64,000 bases of DNA. Source: Prorocentrum cordatum. Its lineage: Eukaryota. Shown in pieces: positions 1 through 12,900 of the stretch. Numbering within the stretch: position 1 is the stretch's first letter; each line of letters opens with the position of its first letter. The stretch lies in contig CAUYUJ010000267.1 in assembly GCA_963575745.1 (NCBI GenBank), positions 1 to 64,000 on the forward strand, in the 5' to 3' direction. Position numbers and translations under genes: made by a program. The notes under the pieces are model-generated. The model saw nothing but the letters and a program-made list of their open reading frames with translations. It was not told the origin of the DNA and ran no database searches.

Positions 1-1010
1 CCCACCGCAGGTCCCAACGGCTGCGTTCGCATGACACCGCCGCACCCGTTTCGGCGCACTCCTGACATGTTTCGTGGCCCTATAAGGATCTCCACCGAAG
101 GCCCCAGTGGTTGCGTTCGCATTGCACCGCCGTGCCCGTTCAAGCGCACCCCTTACATGTGTCGTGGCCGCACCAGGAGCTCCACCGAGGGCACCAATGG
201 TCGCATTCGCATGGCGCCGCCGTGCCCGTTTCGATGCACCTCTCACACGTTTCGTGGATCCATCGGGAGCTCCACCGAAGACCCCAGAGGCTGCGTTCGC
301 ATGGCACCGCCAGTCCCATTTCAGCAAACCCCTCGCACGTTTTCGTGGCTCCATTCGGGGATGGACAGACCCCCCTTTAGTAAAACGTGGTTTAGTGAAA
401 ACGACCTGATGCCCAAACCTGGCGGGCGCAAGCCTGGAAAATAACGGCCACGGCGCCCTCTCGAGAACCGAAAACGGACAATTCACTAATCGACGTGTCA
501 CTGTTGGGGGTTCTGTCCATCCCCGATCCATAGGAAGCTCCTTCGAAGGCCCCAGGGGCTTTGTTCGCATGGCAATCTTCAGCTCATTTCGGCACCCCCT
601 CAACACGTTTCGTGACCTCATCGGGAGCTCCACCGAAGGTCTCAGCGGCGGCGTTCGCGTGGCACTGCCTTGTCGGCACACCCCTCGCACGGTGACCCCA
701 TTCGGGAGCTCCACCGCAAGCCCCATGGTTGCGTTCTCATGACAACTCCGTGCCCATTTCGGCACACCCCTCGCACATTTCGTGGCCCCATAAGGAGCTC
801 CACCGGAAGTCTCGATGGCTGCGTTCGCATTGCACCGCCGCACCCGTTTCGGCAAACCTTTTACACGTGTCGTGGCCCCTTCGGGAGCTCCACCAAACCC
901 CTCTGCGACTGCGTTCGCGTGGCACCGCCGCGCCCATTTCGGCACCCCCCTCACACCAATCGTGGCCCCAAGGAGCTCCACCGAAGGCCCTAGCGGCTGC
1001 GTTCGCATGT
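1..1010 (+). repeat. Degenerate ~90-bp satellite, related to the 33.3-37.8 kb satellite but in opposite orientation
   Basis: Core tttcgtggc...gagctccaccgaagg recurs at about 70, 160, 250 and 341 and continues to ~1000; it is the reverse complement of the 33-37 kb unit. Confidence 0.85.
355..526. mobile_element. 172-bp MITE, TCGGGG family, with 5-bp TSD
   Basis: Termini TCGGGGATGGACAGA and TCTGTCCATCCCCGA are inverted repeats. TCCAT flanks both sides (350-354, 527-531) and removing the insert restores the satellite unit. A second copy lies at 39375. Confidence 0.9.
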
Positions 1011-2590
1011 CACCGCGCGCGTCGCTTCTCCGTCGCACGCTTCGGTTGCACTAACGTTCTATCGGTCCTGGGAGCTAGTGTATAACGCGGAAGAGGGACT
1101 TCGTCGGAATAGATGGGAGACGCTGGCTTTGAAGCCGACGCGTCCGTTGCTGACGGCGGGATTAGGGGCTCGGGTTAGGGTAATGGATGTACGGCGACCT
1201 GCACGTACGTATTAATGCATGCAAACATGTGTACTCCCCCGCGGTCGCCCCCCCGCCCCGCCCCCGCGCTCTCCACCAACAGAGAAAGGGTAGCGGGAGG
1301 GGAAATGAGGAGTGAGTGGGTGCAGGGGCGGGGCGAAGGGAAGAGTGGGGAGGCGGGAATAGGGGTAAGAAGCGGATGAGGGGGGAGTCAAGAAGAGGAA
1401 TGAGGATGATAAGAATGTGGATGGAGAATGGCGAGGAGGAATGAGTCATGAGAGTGGGCAGGTGTGCTCTTCCTGAACCTTTCCCTTGTCCACATCTTCC
1501 ACCACCTTTGCATCTGTCACCAAGCTTTCGCACGGCCATCTATGGGCCACCTCTGGGCTGCCTCGGGGCACTGTGGGCCCAGATCTGGTTCTCCTTGGGC
1601 AACCTTTGTGGCCTCTTGGGGCCATCTTGGATCCACATTGGGCCATCTTAGGTTCCTCTTAGAGCCTCTTAGGGCCATGTCTTGGCCCATCTAGGGGCCG
1701 TCTTGGAGACCTCTTAGGTTTCTCCCGACGCCGTCTTCAGCCCTACTGGTGTTATCTTGGGACCCTCTTTGGGTACTTGTGGCCGCAGTTGGGCTCCCAT
1801 GAGGCCATCTTGCCAGGATTACAGGAAACTAACACTAAGACCTCAGGGCATTGAATGTACTTCTCAATCGAGGTCTTATTATGTTATATTGGGGTCGCCT
1901 TGGGTTCATGCTGGCACCTGTTGGGCTCTCTTAGATTGTGAGGGAGCCGTTCTGGGGCATCTGCATCTCGGGAACACTTAGGTCCCTCTGAAAGAACGCG
2001 GATGGGGCGTTGGGTAGCCGCGACGACGAACCGTCATGTCTCATTCACTCTTGCAAGCCTATCGGCGACAGCGCGCCCGAGACGACAAAGCATGTAAAGA
2101 AGAAGAAAAAGAAGAAGAAGAGGTGGAGGAAGAGGATCCCCCCACGAACGCAGATCGTATCCACAACCATGCCATCGCTATCTGGATGCCCAGGCGCGAG
2201 CCCGTGGATACGCAATCGAATGTATATGGAGCCCCGTGTTCATGGGGTCGCGGCCCGGGCCAGGCCAAGCCAGCTCTCGCCTGCGTGAGGGGCAACGACA
2301 GGGGGCGACTGGCCCTGAGGGGGGAGGACATCGACGTGGAATCTGCGATGCGTCGCCGCTAGATCGGCGGTGCGCCTCCGACAGCGAGGCTGCACGCTCT
2401 GGGGCAAGGGGGGCCATCGCGCCCCTCTCGGCGACCGATGGGCGATAGAGAGCCGATGCGCTCCCCCCTGAGCCGACCCTTAGGTCGGGCCTGTCCCCCT
2501 ACAGAGAATTGTGGGCGACAAATGCGACAGATCCCCCAAAATACACCAAACAAGCTCAGAAATACTCAAAACAACATCCCCAGACTATTT

Positions 2591-4974
2591 CCCAACCCTC
2601 CTGTGTCGGGTTCTCGTTTGGGATAGAGCAGTGTGGTCTCCACCCTCCTTCTCCCGCCTCCTCGCTCCTGCCTTCTGTGCTCTCCTGCCGTCTGGTTCCT
2701 GATTCCTGCCTCGCCGTCTTGTCTGTTGGGTGGCCTTGCCTAGGGGTTGCGATCACTGGGGGGGGCTGCGATCTGCGCAACTGTCGCCACTTTCGTGGGC
2801 TCCTAGGAAGCCCAACGGGGGTACGTCATACGCGGATCACCACGGGACCTCGCCGCCCCCGCTTGCGATCTGCGCAACCGTCGCCACGTTCGTGGGCTCC
2901 TGAGAGGCCCAGCGGAGGTACGTCACACGCGGATCACCACGGGACCTCGCCGCCCCTGGGGGCTTGCGATCTGCGCAACTGTCGCCACTTTCGTGGGCTC
3001 CTGGGAGGCCCAGCGGCGGTTACGTCACACGCGGATCACCACGGGACCTCGCCGCCCCCTGGGGGGCTTGCGATCTGCGCAACTGTCGCCACATTCGTGG
3101 GCTCCTGGGAGGCCCAGCGGGGGTTACGTCACACGCGGACCACCACGGGACCTCGCCGCCCCTTGGGGGGGGCTTGCGAGCTGCGCAACTGTCGCCACTT
3201 TCGTGGGCTCCTGGGAGGCCCAGCGGCGGTACATCATAAGCGGATCACCACGGGACCTCGCCGCCCCCTGGGGGGGGCTTGCGATCTGCGCAACCGTCGC
3301 CACTTCCGTGGGCTCTTGAGGGGCCCAGCGGAGGAACGTCATACGCGGATCACCACGAGACCTCGCCGCCCCCTTGGGGGCTTGCGATCTGCGCAACCGT
3401 CGCCACGTTCGTGGGATCCTGGAAGCCCAACGGGGGTACGTCATACGCGGATCACCACGAGACCTCGCCGCCCCCTGGGGGGCTTGCGATCTGCGCAACT
3501 GTCGCCACTTTCGTGGGCTCCTGGGAGGCCCAGCGGAGGTACGTCATACGCAGATCACCACGGGACCTCGCCGCCCCCTGGGGGGCTTGCGATCTGCGCA
3601 AATGTCGCCACTTTCGTGGGCTCCTGGGAGGCCCAGCGGCGGTACGTCATACGCGGATCACCACGGGACCTCGCCGCCCCCTTGGGGGCCTGCGAGCTGC
3701 GCAACTGTCGCCACTTTCGTGGGCGCCTGGGAGGCCCAGCGGAGGTACGTCATACGCGGATCACCACGGGACCTCGCCGCCCCCTGGGGGGCTTGCAATT
3801 TGCGCAACTGTCGCACCTTTCGTGGGCTCTTGAGCGGCCCAGCGGAGGAACGTCATACGCGGATCACCACGAGACCTCGCCGCCCCCTTGGGGGCTTGCG
3901 ATCTGCGCAACCGTCGCCACGTTCGTGGGCTCCTGGGAGGCCCAGCGGAGGTACGTCATACGCAGATCACCACGGGACCTCGCCGCCCCTGGGGGGCTTG
4001 CGATCTGCGCAACTGTCGCCGCGTTCGTGGGCTCCTGGGAGGCCCAGCGGAGGTACGCCATACGCGGATCACCCCGGGACCTCGCCGCCCCCTGGGGGGC
4101 TTGCGATCTGCGCAACTGTCGCCACTTTCGTGGGCTCCTGGAAGGCCCAGCGGGGGTTACGTCACACGCGGATCACCACGGGACCTCGCCGCCCCCTGGG
4201 GGGCTTGCGAGCTGCGCAACTGTCGCCACTTTCGTGGGCTCCTGGGAGGCCCAGCGGAGGTACGTCACACGCGGATCACCACGGGACCTCGCCGCCCCCT
4301 GGGGGGCTTTGCGATCTGCGCAACCGTCGCCACGTTCGTGGGCTCCTGAGAGGCCCAGCGGCGGGACCTCGCCGCCCCCTGAGGGGCTTGCGATCTGCGC
4401 AACTGTCGCCACTTTCGTGGGCTCCTGGGAGGCCCAGCGGCGGTACGTCATACGCGGATCACCACGGGACCTCGCCGCCCCCTTGGGGGCCTGCGAGCTG
4501 CGCAACTGTCGCCACTTTCGTGGGCTCCTGAGAGGCCCAGCGGAGGTACGTCATACGTGGACCACCTCGGGACCTCGCCGCCCCCCAGGGGGCTTGCGAT
4601 CTGCCGCCCACTTTTGGTTCCACTTTTAGGTGCTTATCTTTGGGTTCGCTGCCGCGCCATTGTGTCTCCACTTCTGGATGAGTCTCCACCCCCGCTATGC
4701 ACCTCATGCATTTGCACCGCTCAGCGCAGCGCGTTGCTGAGTTAAACTGATGTTCTGTTGTAGCCCTCGCCGCCGCGCCCCTGTGTTCACTTTTTGGGCG
4801 CGTTTCTTTCAACGCCCCTGTTTCCATGTTGTATATTGCTGCGCTCTTCTGAAATCACTGCTGGGTGCTCTTCTTGCGTACTGCGGGTCCTTCAGAACGC
4901 CTGTCAGCATTAAGTGGTCCTGAGTATAGTCGCCACATGTGCAGAACGGGTTTGGTACGTCACAGAGTATTGTT
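2591..4974 (+). mobile_element. Helentron/DINE-1-like non-autonomous element, copy A, carrying the 103-bp satellite
   Basis: Begins TTT|CCCAACCCTCCTGTGTCGGGTTCTCGTTTG, homologous to the reverse complement of the termini at 21583, 26575, 35536 and 37878. Inserted in a T-run of a MITE with no TSD. The far end is degenerate. Confidence 0.6.
2755..4605 (+). repeat. ~103-bp tandem satellite, about 18 units
   Basis: Unit gcttgcgatctgcgcaactgtcgccactttcgtgggctcctgggaggcccagcggaggtacgtcatacgcggatcaccacgggacctcgccgcccc; measured period 103 (3541 to 3644). Confidence 0.95.
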
Positions 4975-5265
4975 TACAACTATTGTTGAAGAGTCCCTCC
5001 TGTAGAGGGACAGGCCCGACTTGAGCCTACCCCCTTCCCAGCGTTGCCCACGAGTGGGGTCGCGGCCCCAAGGCCTGGCCGGCGAGGCCGTGGATAGATG
5101 GATGCTGTGCCCACCCTCGCTCGGGCGTCCCGTGCCGTCCGTCTCTTCGAGGCCGTGCGCCCCCGGGGGGGCTGCGCGGGGGCCTCGGCCCCGAACGGAC
5201 CAGCAGGGGCGGTCGAAGGACCTGCGCCGCTCCCCACAAGATCCCTCGCAGAAGCGCCGAGCAGG

Positions 5266-6589
5266 GGAGGAAGAGGAGGAGGAGGAGGAGGAGGAGGAGG
5301 AGGAGGAAGAGGAGGAGAGGAGGAGGAGGGCCCCAAAGGGCCAAGATGTCCTCGAGGGTCCCCCGACGACAGCCATGACACACTCGAGCAGACTGCAAGC
5401 GTGTGCTCCAAAAGCCGTTTGCATGCTTTTATGCCGTACGGCTCGCGCCCCCGGCCGCGAGGCCAAGACGGAGGGCCACCCGCCGCCGCGTTTGTCCCCC
5501 CCCCCTCCTCCTCCTCCTCCTCCTCCTCCTCCTCCCACCTCCTCCTCCTGCTCCTCCTCTCCTCCTCGCGTTCCTCCCCTCCTCTCCACATCCTTCCTGC
5601 TCAGCCCAGCACTCTCGCGCGCCCCTCTCCTCCTCCTCCTCCTCCTCCTCCGTCCTCCTCCTCATCCTCCTTCTTCCTCCTCCTCCTCCTCCCCGTCCTC
5701 CTCCTCCTCCTCCTCCTCCTTCTCCTCCTCCTCCTCCTCCTCATGTTCCTCCTCCTACTCCTCCTTTTCCTCCTCGTCCTCTTCCTCGTGGGGGGGCTTG
5801 GAATCCCCCGACCCTGTCGGCGTGTGTGAGGGGCTTCTCCGTTCGACTCGTCGTCTCCGTCGTCTCCGCTCTCCCCCTCCCAGGGCTCTCCTCCTCAAGC
5901 GCGCTACCCAAAGCGAAACTAAACGACGTCCTAGTGGAGTCGAAGGGAAGCCCCTTCCCTTTGATCCCTTCCCCGCAGGGGGGGGGGGGGTCCCGGGGCA
6001 GATACGACGCCCGCCGGGCCGCACTTTCCTCGAGCGGGCACGCACGGGGGGAGATGAGTACCTCCCTCCGGGTCCTCCTCCTCCTCCTCCTGCTCCTCCT
6101 CCTCCTCCTTTTCCTCCTCTCCTCCTCTCCTCCTCTTCCTCTCTGCTCCTTCCTCCTTTCCATCCTCCTCCTCATCATCCTCTCCACATCCTCCTCCTCC
6201 TCCTCCTCCTCCCCTCATGCTCCTCCTCCTCCTCCTCCTCCTCCTCCAGCCTCCTCCTCCACACCTCCTCCTCCTCCTCTTCGCAGAGGCTGTCCCGGGA
6301 GCGGGCCCCGGGAGTCCAAAATACCACACCCCTAGGGCGCATTTTCACGAGCGGGCCGCCGAGATGCACTTTTACCTCTTCGGGGCACGTCCCAAGGCAG
6401 AATATCACACTCCCGTGCGCCACTTTTCTTCGAGCGGGACAACAAAGGATGCACTTCCTCCTCCTCCTCCTCCTCCTCCTCCTCCTCCTCCTCCTCCTCC
6501 TCCTCCTCCTCCTCCTGCTCGTTCTCCTGCTCCTCCTGCTCCTCCTCCTGCTCCTCCTCCTCCTGCTCCTCCTCCTCCTCCTCCTCCTC
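5266..6589. repeat. Interrupted (GGA)n/(CCT)n microsatellite tracts
   Basis: Direct reading of the sequence. Confidence 0.9.
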
Positions 6590-7452
6590 GTATAGTGGCA
6601 TGGCTCAGCATTTGAAGGATCACTGGTCTCAGGTGCAGCTGGAAAAGGTTCAGGCTTATTTAGACGTCCAGGATGCCACCGATGATCGGGATGGCCATTT
6701 GCGGCAAGGCAACGATTGGGCTGTTAAGACGGCCAAGGAGGCGGTGCTCTTGCATCCTATGCCGTCGTCCGCAGAGCTCGAGGGCCTTGATCACGATGTT
6801 GCTGTTGCCAGAGCCGTCGGCCGACTAGGGGCCAAGCTGCTTCCTCTCTGGCCTCGTCTAGTATTGGGCCCCAATGTCCAGCGTGTTCCTCCTCCCCCTG
6901 CGGTGCGTCAGCAGGGGGAGAAAAGGCCTGTCCATCAGTGGAGCTGGGTGGGTACCTATTGGCAGTGTGCTGCGTGTTTGCGAGGCAAGCGAACCATGCC
7001 TTCGACCCAGCCACCTGCTGGGAAGTGTGACGCTGTCCTGAAAGTTTCACCTGCCAGGCTCCGAGCGCTCGGACACGTGTGCGTGCTGCTAGATTGCTCT
7101 GACGGGTCCTTTATTTGTATTTGCCACAAGTGCGGTTATATGACTTCGGGGGGCCAATTGAGGAACCTCGACAACAAATGTGAGCCAGACAAAGTGGCCA
7201 CACACAGCAATCCGTGGACTAAGTTGAAAAAGGGACTTCATCCGAAAAAGTGTGGGGTCTCCGTCGATTTAAGCACGTTTTGCCACCTTTGAGTGCTATG
7301 CCCTGTGTGCACAGTGCAAGGCACACTCTCTGGTCCGTGCCGATCGTTGTCAGTGCGGTCGGTCACGGCTCTTTACTGATGTCCCTCAAGGCCTCGCCCA
7401 CCCTGAGTGGTGTATGTGGGCTGCAGCATGGTCCCATGCAAAAAAAAAAAAA
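6590..7452 (+). mobile_element. 5'-truncated LINE 3' end: RNase H C-terminus, Cys-rich tail and poly(A)
   Basis: ORF 6600-7292 has KVQAY...GNDWAVKTAKEA (RNase H KxxAH...GNxxAD-like) followed by WQCAAC and CICHKC motifs. A13 tail at 7440-7452; CCT tracts on both sides. Confidence 0.7.
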
Positions 7453-7533
7453 TCCTCCTCCTCCTCCTCCTCCTCGTCCTCCCCCTCCTCCTCCTCCTCC
7501 TCCTCCTCCTCCTCCTCCTCCTCCTCCTCCTCC

Positions 7534-10500
7534 CACTCCTAGCCCTTTCGATCAGGGTCGGCGGCACCGGCCGTCAGGCCTCTCCAATACCACGTGGCTT
7601 TCTTGGTGGATAGCTGCGCTTCAGTGCTCTCAGAGTGTGGCTACCGATCCTGTGGATGAGGGAGTGCGGCGTCTGATTAGCCGTGTGCCCGCCTTCCAGT
7701 GTTATCCAGGCTCAGACCAGAAGTTCGGTGATTTCGATTGCCAGGAGGGTCTCGAAGATTCAAGTCGTAGAGTGGATGAAATGGACCGTGATGCGGAGAA
7801 CCTCGGGAACCAGTCTAAAAGCGAGTATGTCCGTTCAAGCTCAGCTTGCACGATCAATACGTCGTCTCATGGGCCGTTGGTCAAGCTGCTGAGCGTTCCT
7901 GATTACAGTCGTGGAGTTGTGTTGGTCCAGGAGCATCACTGTGACAAGTCGAAGCTCCCCGACGTTCAGCACAGCTGCAAAAACGTGAGCATGTGTGGCC
8001 TTTGGGCTCCGTCAGTTTCCACCGGTCGTGGCGGTACTGCAGGTGGAGTCGCTGTGCTTGCCCCAAAACATGCGCTGCTGACAAAGCCCCCTATGCTCAA
8101 GGATCCCCTTTTATACCCTGGGCGTGCGGTGGCGGCCAAGGCCCACTGGGCTATGGCAAATGGCGTGGTTTGCATATCGGCTTATCTCGTCGTCGGCATC
8201 AGGCTCACTGGTGAGCATTTGAAGCTGCTGGCTGCGATCATTGAGTACATTGCCAAGTTGATGGTGGCAGGCCAGGAATGGATCATCGGCGCCGATTGGA
8301 ACGTGGACCCTGACTGTGGCATCGATGATTGGTTCGTCGGTTTCAAGGGTATTCGTCACAGCAGTATCGAGCCCACTTGTATCCAAGCTACGCCTTGGAC
8401 CCATCGTGATTGGTTCTATGCTTCGGAAGGCTTCTCTTACCGTATGAGCGCCCCGTCGACAAATAGCGCCGCCGACACCTTCCCGCGCTTGCCCGTGGTG
8501 GCGGCGGTGACGGGCAAAGCCACGTGCAATGTGCTGCCGTGTGCCCGTTGAGACCAAGCCGCTACCAGCGCAGCCGCCAATTGGGTGTTCGCCATTTCCG
8601 CCTGTACGTGAATGGTTGCAGGTGCAGCAGCGGCTTCGTGATGATGATGCAGCCGAGAGCTTGGCCGAGTGCTGGGACGAGGTGCTGATAGGTCTGGAAG
8701 CTGAGCTGCTCGACAGACACGGCGCGCGAATTGAAGCAGAGCGTCGCCAACATCACGGCAAGGCAGGGCCCCCCCTCAGCACAAGTGGCAGCAGGTGAAG
8801 GCGTCAGCGCCTAACCAGCCCAAGTCGCTCACGGCATGGAGATCGTTCAACAGGTGGCTACGTCATCTTCGAAGTGTGCGAGTAAAGCTCAAGTTGTGCG
8901 TGGATCAGTTCAACGGTGTAATCGAGTATTCGCCAGATGCTGAGGCTACCCTGCTGTGTATGATGTATGATATGTTTGGATGTTTCAAGAGAGCTCGACG
9001 TGGCAGGTGGATCCGCGACTTTCTTCCAGCAGACGCATGTGACTTCTTTGAGGGCCCGATTGTCAGCTTCTACCGCGACGATTTCGACGCGGAGGTGCAG
9101 AGGCTCATTGACATGGCTGAGGAGCGCATCGCTGAAGGCATGGACGAGTCTTCGGCCAGTTGGGCCAGGTGGGCCCAAGATGCGTTCGTCAAGGGAGCTG
9201 GCAAGGCACACCGATACTCCAAGATTCGCGAGCTGCAGGAGGTAGCCGATGACAGGGGTGAGGCGTGCCAACCGTTCGAGCGCGTGGACGAGTGCGTTGA
9301 TGAGTGGCAGACCATATGGAATCTACATGGCTGCTCAGAGGTGCCGCTGCCTGCCGACGCACATGAGTCGCCGTTGCTCGAGCCCTTCTCGGTCCAGCAG
9401 ATTCGAAAAGCATTGCGAGGCTTCAAGCCGACGGCGCTGGGCCAGGTGAAGCTGCACCCGCGCTCGCCCGACGCGCGCTCCGACGTGGCGCTGGAGGCGC
9501 TCGCGCTGCTGTACGCCACCGGTGAGCGCCTTCTCTGCTGGCCTTGCAACAGAGCGCAGTCTCGGCTGATCAGGCTGAGTAAGCCTTCTAGAGGCCATCG
9601 CCTCATCGCGCTTTTGAATACTGCAGTTCGAATCTAGGGCCGGCTTCGTCGGCCGATCTCGCAAGATTGGGAAGCTCGAAATCGACGCCCCGCCTTTTGG
9701 GGAAGTGGGCCCGCCAGGAGCTCTTCCGATGCTGCCTTTGCTCATAACGTGGAGGCGGAGGTGGCTAGTGCGGTGGGGGGGGGGGGGGGTCGGTTTCGGT
9801 TCTGATCGATATGTTAAACGCTATGAGTGCATCAGAGTAGCCAAGTTGCTGGAAGAAGCTCGTGCCCTCCAGTATCCCTTGCGTATGCTTTGGATGGTCT
9901 TGTGTTCTTACCGTTGTCCCAGGGTCGTCCAGGCGTTCGGGTCCTTGAGCCTGTCCGTGGTCACCATCCTAAAGACTCTGGCTGGGTGTAGTCACGCCAA
10001 CACGATGATGCACCTTCTCTTGCATCGGGTTGTGGCGCGATGTTGTGAATTGGTATACCCCATCATACCTCGCATATTGATGGATGACGCTAGCTTCCAA
10101 TGGATTGGTAGAGATTTGAAGCAGGCAGGGCCCTTGATGGCCGCCGTCCAGTGGTTTTCCCGCATGGCCGACCGTCTTGGCATTATTTTGCAGGTGGCCA
10201 AAAGCGGTTGCGTTGCCTCGGCGGCCCGTGCTGCGGCCAAGATCGGCTCGACGGCTAAAATCATTCGTTTGAAAAGCCAGCGGCACATGCGAAACCTGGG
10301 CCACGAGGTTGTTTCTGTTTCAGGCCGCCCGCTGCGCGCACAGGAGCGCAGTCGGCCCAAGGGGGTGCTGTCTCGCAAGCGCAAGCTGCTCGCGCTGAAG
10401 CGTGGGGCCCCTGGTAAGGTCACCGCCCTCTGGCGCGCCAGTGTGCTCCCAGCGGGCGCTCACGGCGCGGGTGTGTCTGGCGCCACCGACAGCACCCTCA

Positions 10501-12900
10501 TGGCCTTGCGCGCGCTCGTTGGGTCGCTAGTCGGTGCTAAGCGGTCAGGCTCCCTCACTGTTTGGCTGATGACCCAGCGTGATCAGTATTTCGATCCAGT
10601 GTTTGATGCTTGCGTTCCGTTGTTTTTGAAATACTGCTCCATGATTTAGGATAGCCGAATCTCCCTGGGCCGGCTCCAGCGAGCCTGGCTTGTGATTGCG
10701 GGCCGTGCTCAGGAAGCTCAGTCTTGGAAGATTTGTAAAGGTCCCGTCTCGGCCGTTTTGCTGAGCTTGCGACGAGTAGGTTGGTGCATGCGGTCGGCCC
10801 GCCTCATCGACAGCGACGAGGGTCACGTGCATGACCTGCTGCGCGAGTGCCCGCGTGATGCGCGCGCTGCGCTGCGTCTCGGCATAGCTAGGTGGCAGGC
10901 CAGACGCGTGCTCCAACACGCCCCCGAGGCGACTGGTTCCGAGGAGATCTGGGTGGGGGGGCTTCGTCACGGTGTGCTGAACATCTCGGACCAGAAGCGC
11001 CAAGGGGCTGCTCGGCGCGCCCTGGGGTCAGCGATGTGGCCTCCTGCCCGTCGGAAAGCAGCTGGTTGCAGCAACTGCTCGGACTGCCATTTTTGTGGCA
11101 AGAGACACGCTGGGGCACTGGGCCACCAACTTTACGATTGCGAACCCGTGCTCGATTGCCCCCGACAATTTTATTCAATTTATCCTGAGGACGTCGTGGA
11201 ATGGAGGGGTGTGCTCCGTGCGAGAGGTGGGACTAGTCTTGGGGGCCCAGACTGGGACGCGCTTGAGCTCGCCTACTGTCTCCCCTTCCATATGTGCAAG
11301 GTCCCCCCAGCCCCCTCGGAGCACCCCGCCCATTCCTGGGGCCTTGCCCTTGGGCCTTGGGGGCGGCGCATTTACACCGACGGTTCGGGGCTGGCGAGCC
11401 CCAGCCCAGAACTTAGACGGTCTCGATTTGCCGCGGTGGAATTGGGCCCCGAGGGGCCCCGATCCGCGCGGTGTTCGGGGCCCTCCCTGGGCGGCGCCAG
11501 TCGGTGCCCCGGGCTGAGCGCTGCGCTATTCTCCAAGCCCTTCGGCGGGCCCCCCCAGACGCCCAGGAAGTGTCTGATCATTTATCTGCCGTGCGCGAAG
11601 GGGCGGAGCGGCCCCCTGCCATTGCGCAAGGCCAAACCTTGCATGCGGATATCTGGAGCAGCATTTTTGGTCGGTTTCAGGATGGCCAGGCGCGTCCCAC
11701 CTTCCAGTGGATCAAAGCCCACAGAGAGTGGGACGATATCCTGGACCGCTCCTCGGCCCAAGAAGCTCAGGATTTCCCAGGTTACCTCTGGGCCGATTTT
11801 TTCGCCAGGTTGGGGTCCGAGGGCCGCGCTCTTGCCACTTCTGTAGTCGATGCTCAGAAGCAGCATCTAGCCGACATCAGGAAAGATTTCTACTTCCTGA
11901 ATCGGTTCGCCCAATCGATCGCGTTGCTTTCCTCGGACCTCTCGACCCCTGATGCCCAGCCCGCGGGCCGCCCCGTGGCCAAAGCGGCGCTGGTGCAGCA
12001 CGAACTGTTCCACTTTCCTGCGAAGGGCAAGTGGAGGTGCAAGCAGTGTAATTTGTGGGCGCGCACCCACGACTCTCTGCTTCAGCTGCGGTCAGGGAGT
12101 CGGCGCGAGTGCACGCCCACAGCTGTGCAGGCGTTTCAGGCAGCGGAGTTCTTCCAGGCCCATGGGGCCAGTGCCATGCCCGTCAGGTCGGAGAGGGTGC
12201 AGGAAGCGATGCCGTTAGCCAGTGAGGTCCCGGGGCCCGCACCTGTGCCTGCACCGCCTCAGCCTGAGGCGCATAGCCGCTGGAGAGATCTCGGCCACGC
12301 CGTTGAGCGAGAGGGCCGAGTGATGTTTTGCTCTCTGTGCAGTGCTCACTTGATCTTGCCCGATGAGCGTGCACGCGGACTTGGCCTCCGATGTAACGGG
12401 CGCAGTGTCCACGCGAGTACCCGGTCGAGCCAGGCCCTGAAGATAAAAAAGCTTCGCGCGGCCTGCACCCTCGGACTGGGCAGCGACTGGAACCCCTCAG
12501 CGTTGCCCGGCCTGCTGGTCCGCCCGCCCCTGCTGCCGCCGCCAATGCCGCAGCGCCGTCCTGCCCTCTGGCTCTCGCTCGCGTCGCCGCTGCCCTGCGA
12601 TTGGAGGAGGCGGCCCATTCGGGAGGGGAGCTTGGTGGGGACCGCGGGGTGGAGTCGGGATCGGACTGATGCAACTCGTTTTGCTGTCAGTCTTTGGGGA
12701 GGGGGGCCTGCCAGGGGCGGAGGAGTGCCGCCTATGCCAAGCCGCTCCAATGCCTGACAAAATTGTGACGGCCCCCCTCCAATACTGTCCGCCTGCCCGT
12801 GTCAGGCGAGGAGCTCAACCTGGCGGGTAGCCAGGCCGTGCTCCCCTTTCCTGTTCGGCCCGCCCGCTCGTCATAGACTTGTGCGCGTCGGCCTCGAGTC
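7534..12900 (+). mobile_element. Decayed non-LTR retrotransposon: APE endonuclease, RT, RNase H and Cys-rich C-terminus
   Basis: Endonuclease motifs TINTS, LVQEHH, GGVAV, ISAYL, IIGADWN, RDWFY (7840-8500). RT motifs GHRLIAL, LAGCSHA, LMDD (9590-10320). RNase H motifs IYTDGSG, QSVPRAE, SDHL, WIKAH, WADFFA (11370-11830). CxxC motifs follow. Several stops and frameshifts. Confidence 0.9.

Larger units (their letters stand above)
2483..5021. mobile_element. GGTCGGG-family MITE split by a 2.4-kb satellite-bearing insertion
   Basis: Left TIR GGTCGGGCCTGTCCCCCTACAG at 2483 and right TIR CTGTAGAGGGACAGGCCCGACT ending at 5021. The internal ccagactattt...ctattgttgaa segment matches the intact copy at 43289. 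Confidence 0.85.

Noticed and set aside
1160..1182. TTAGGG motifs as an interstitial telomere
   Set aside because: Only two non-adjacent hexamers; expected by chance.
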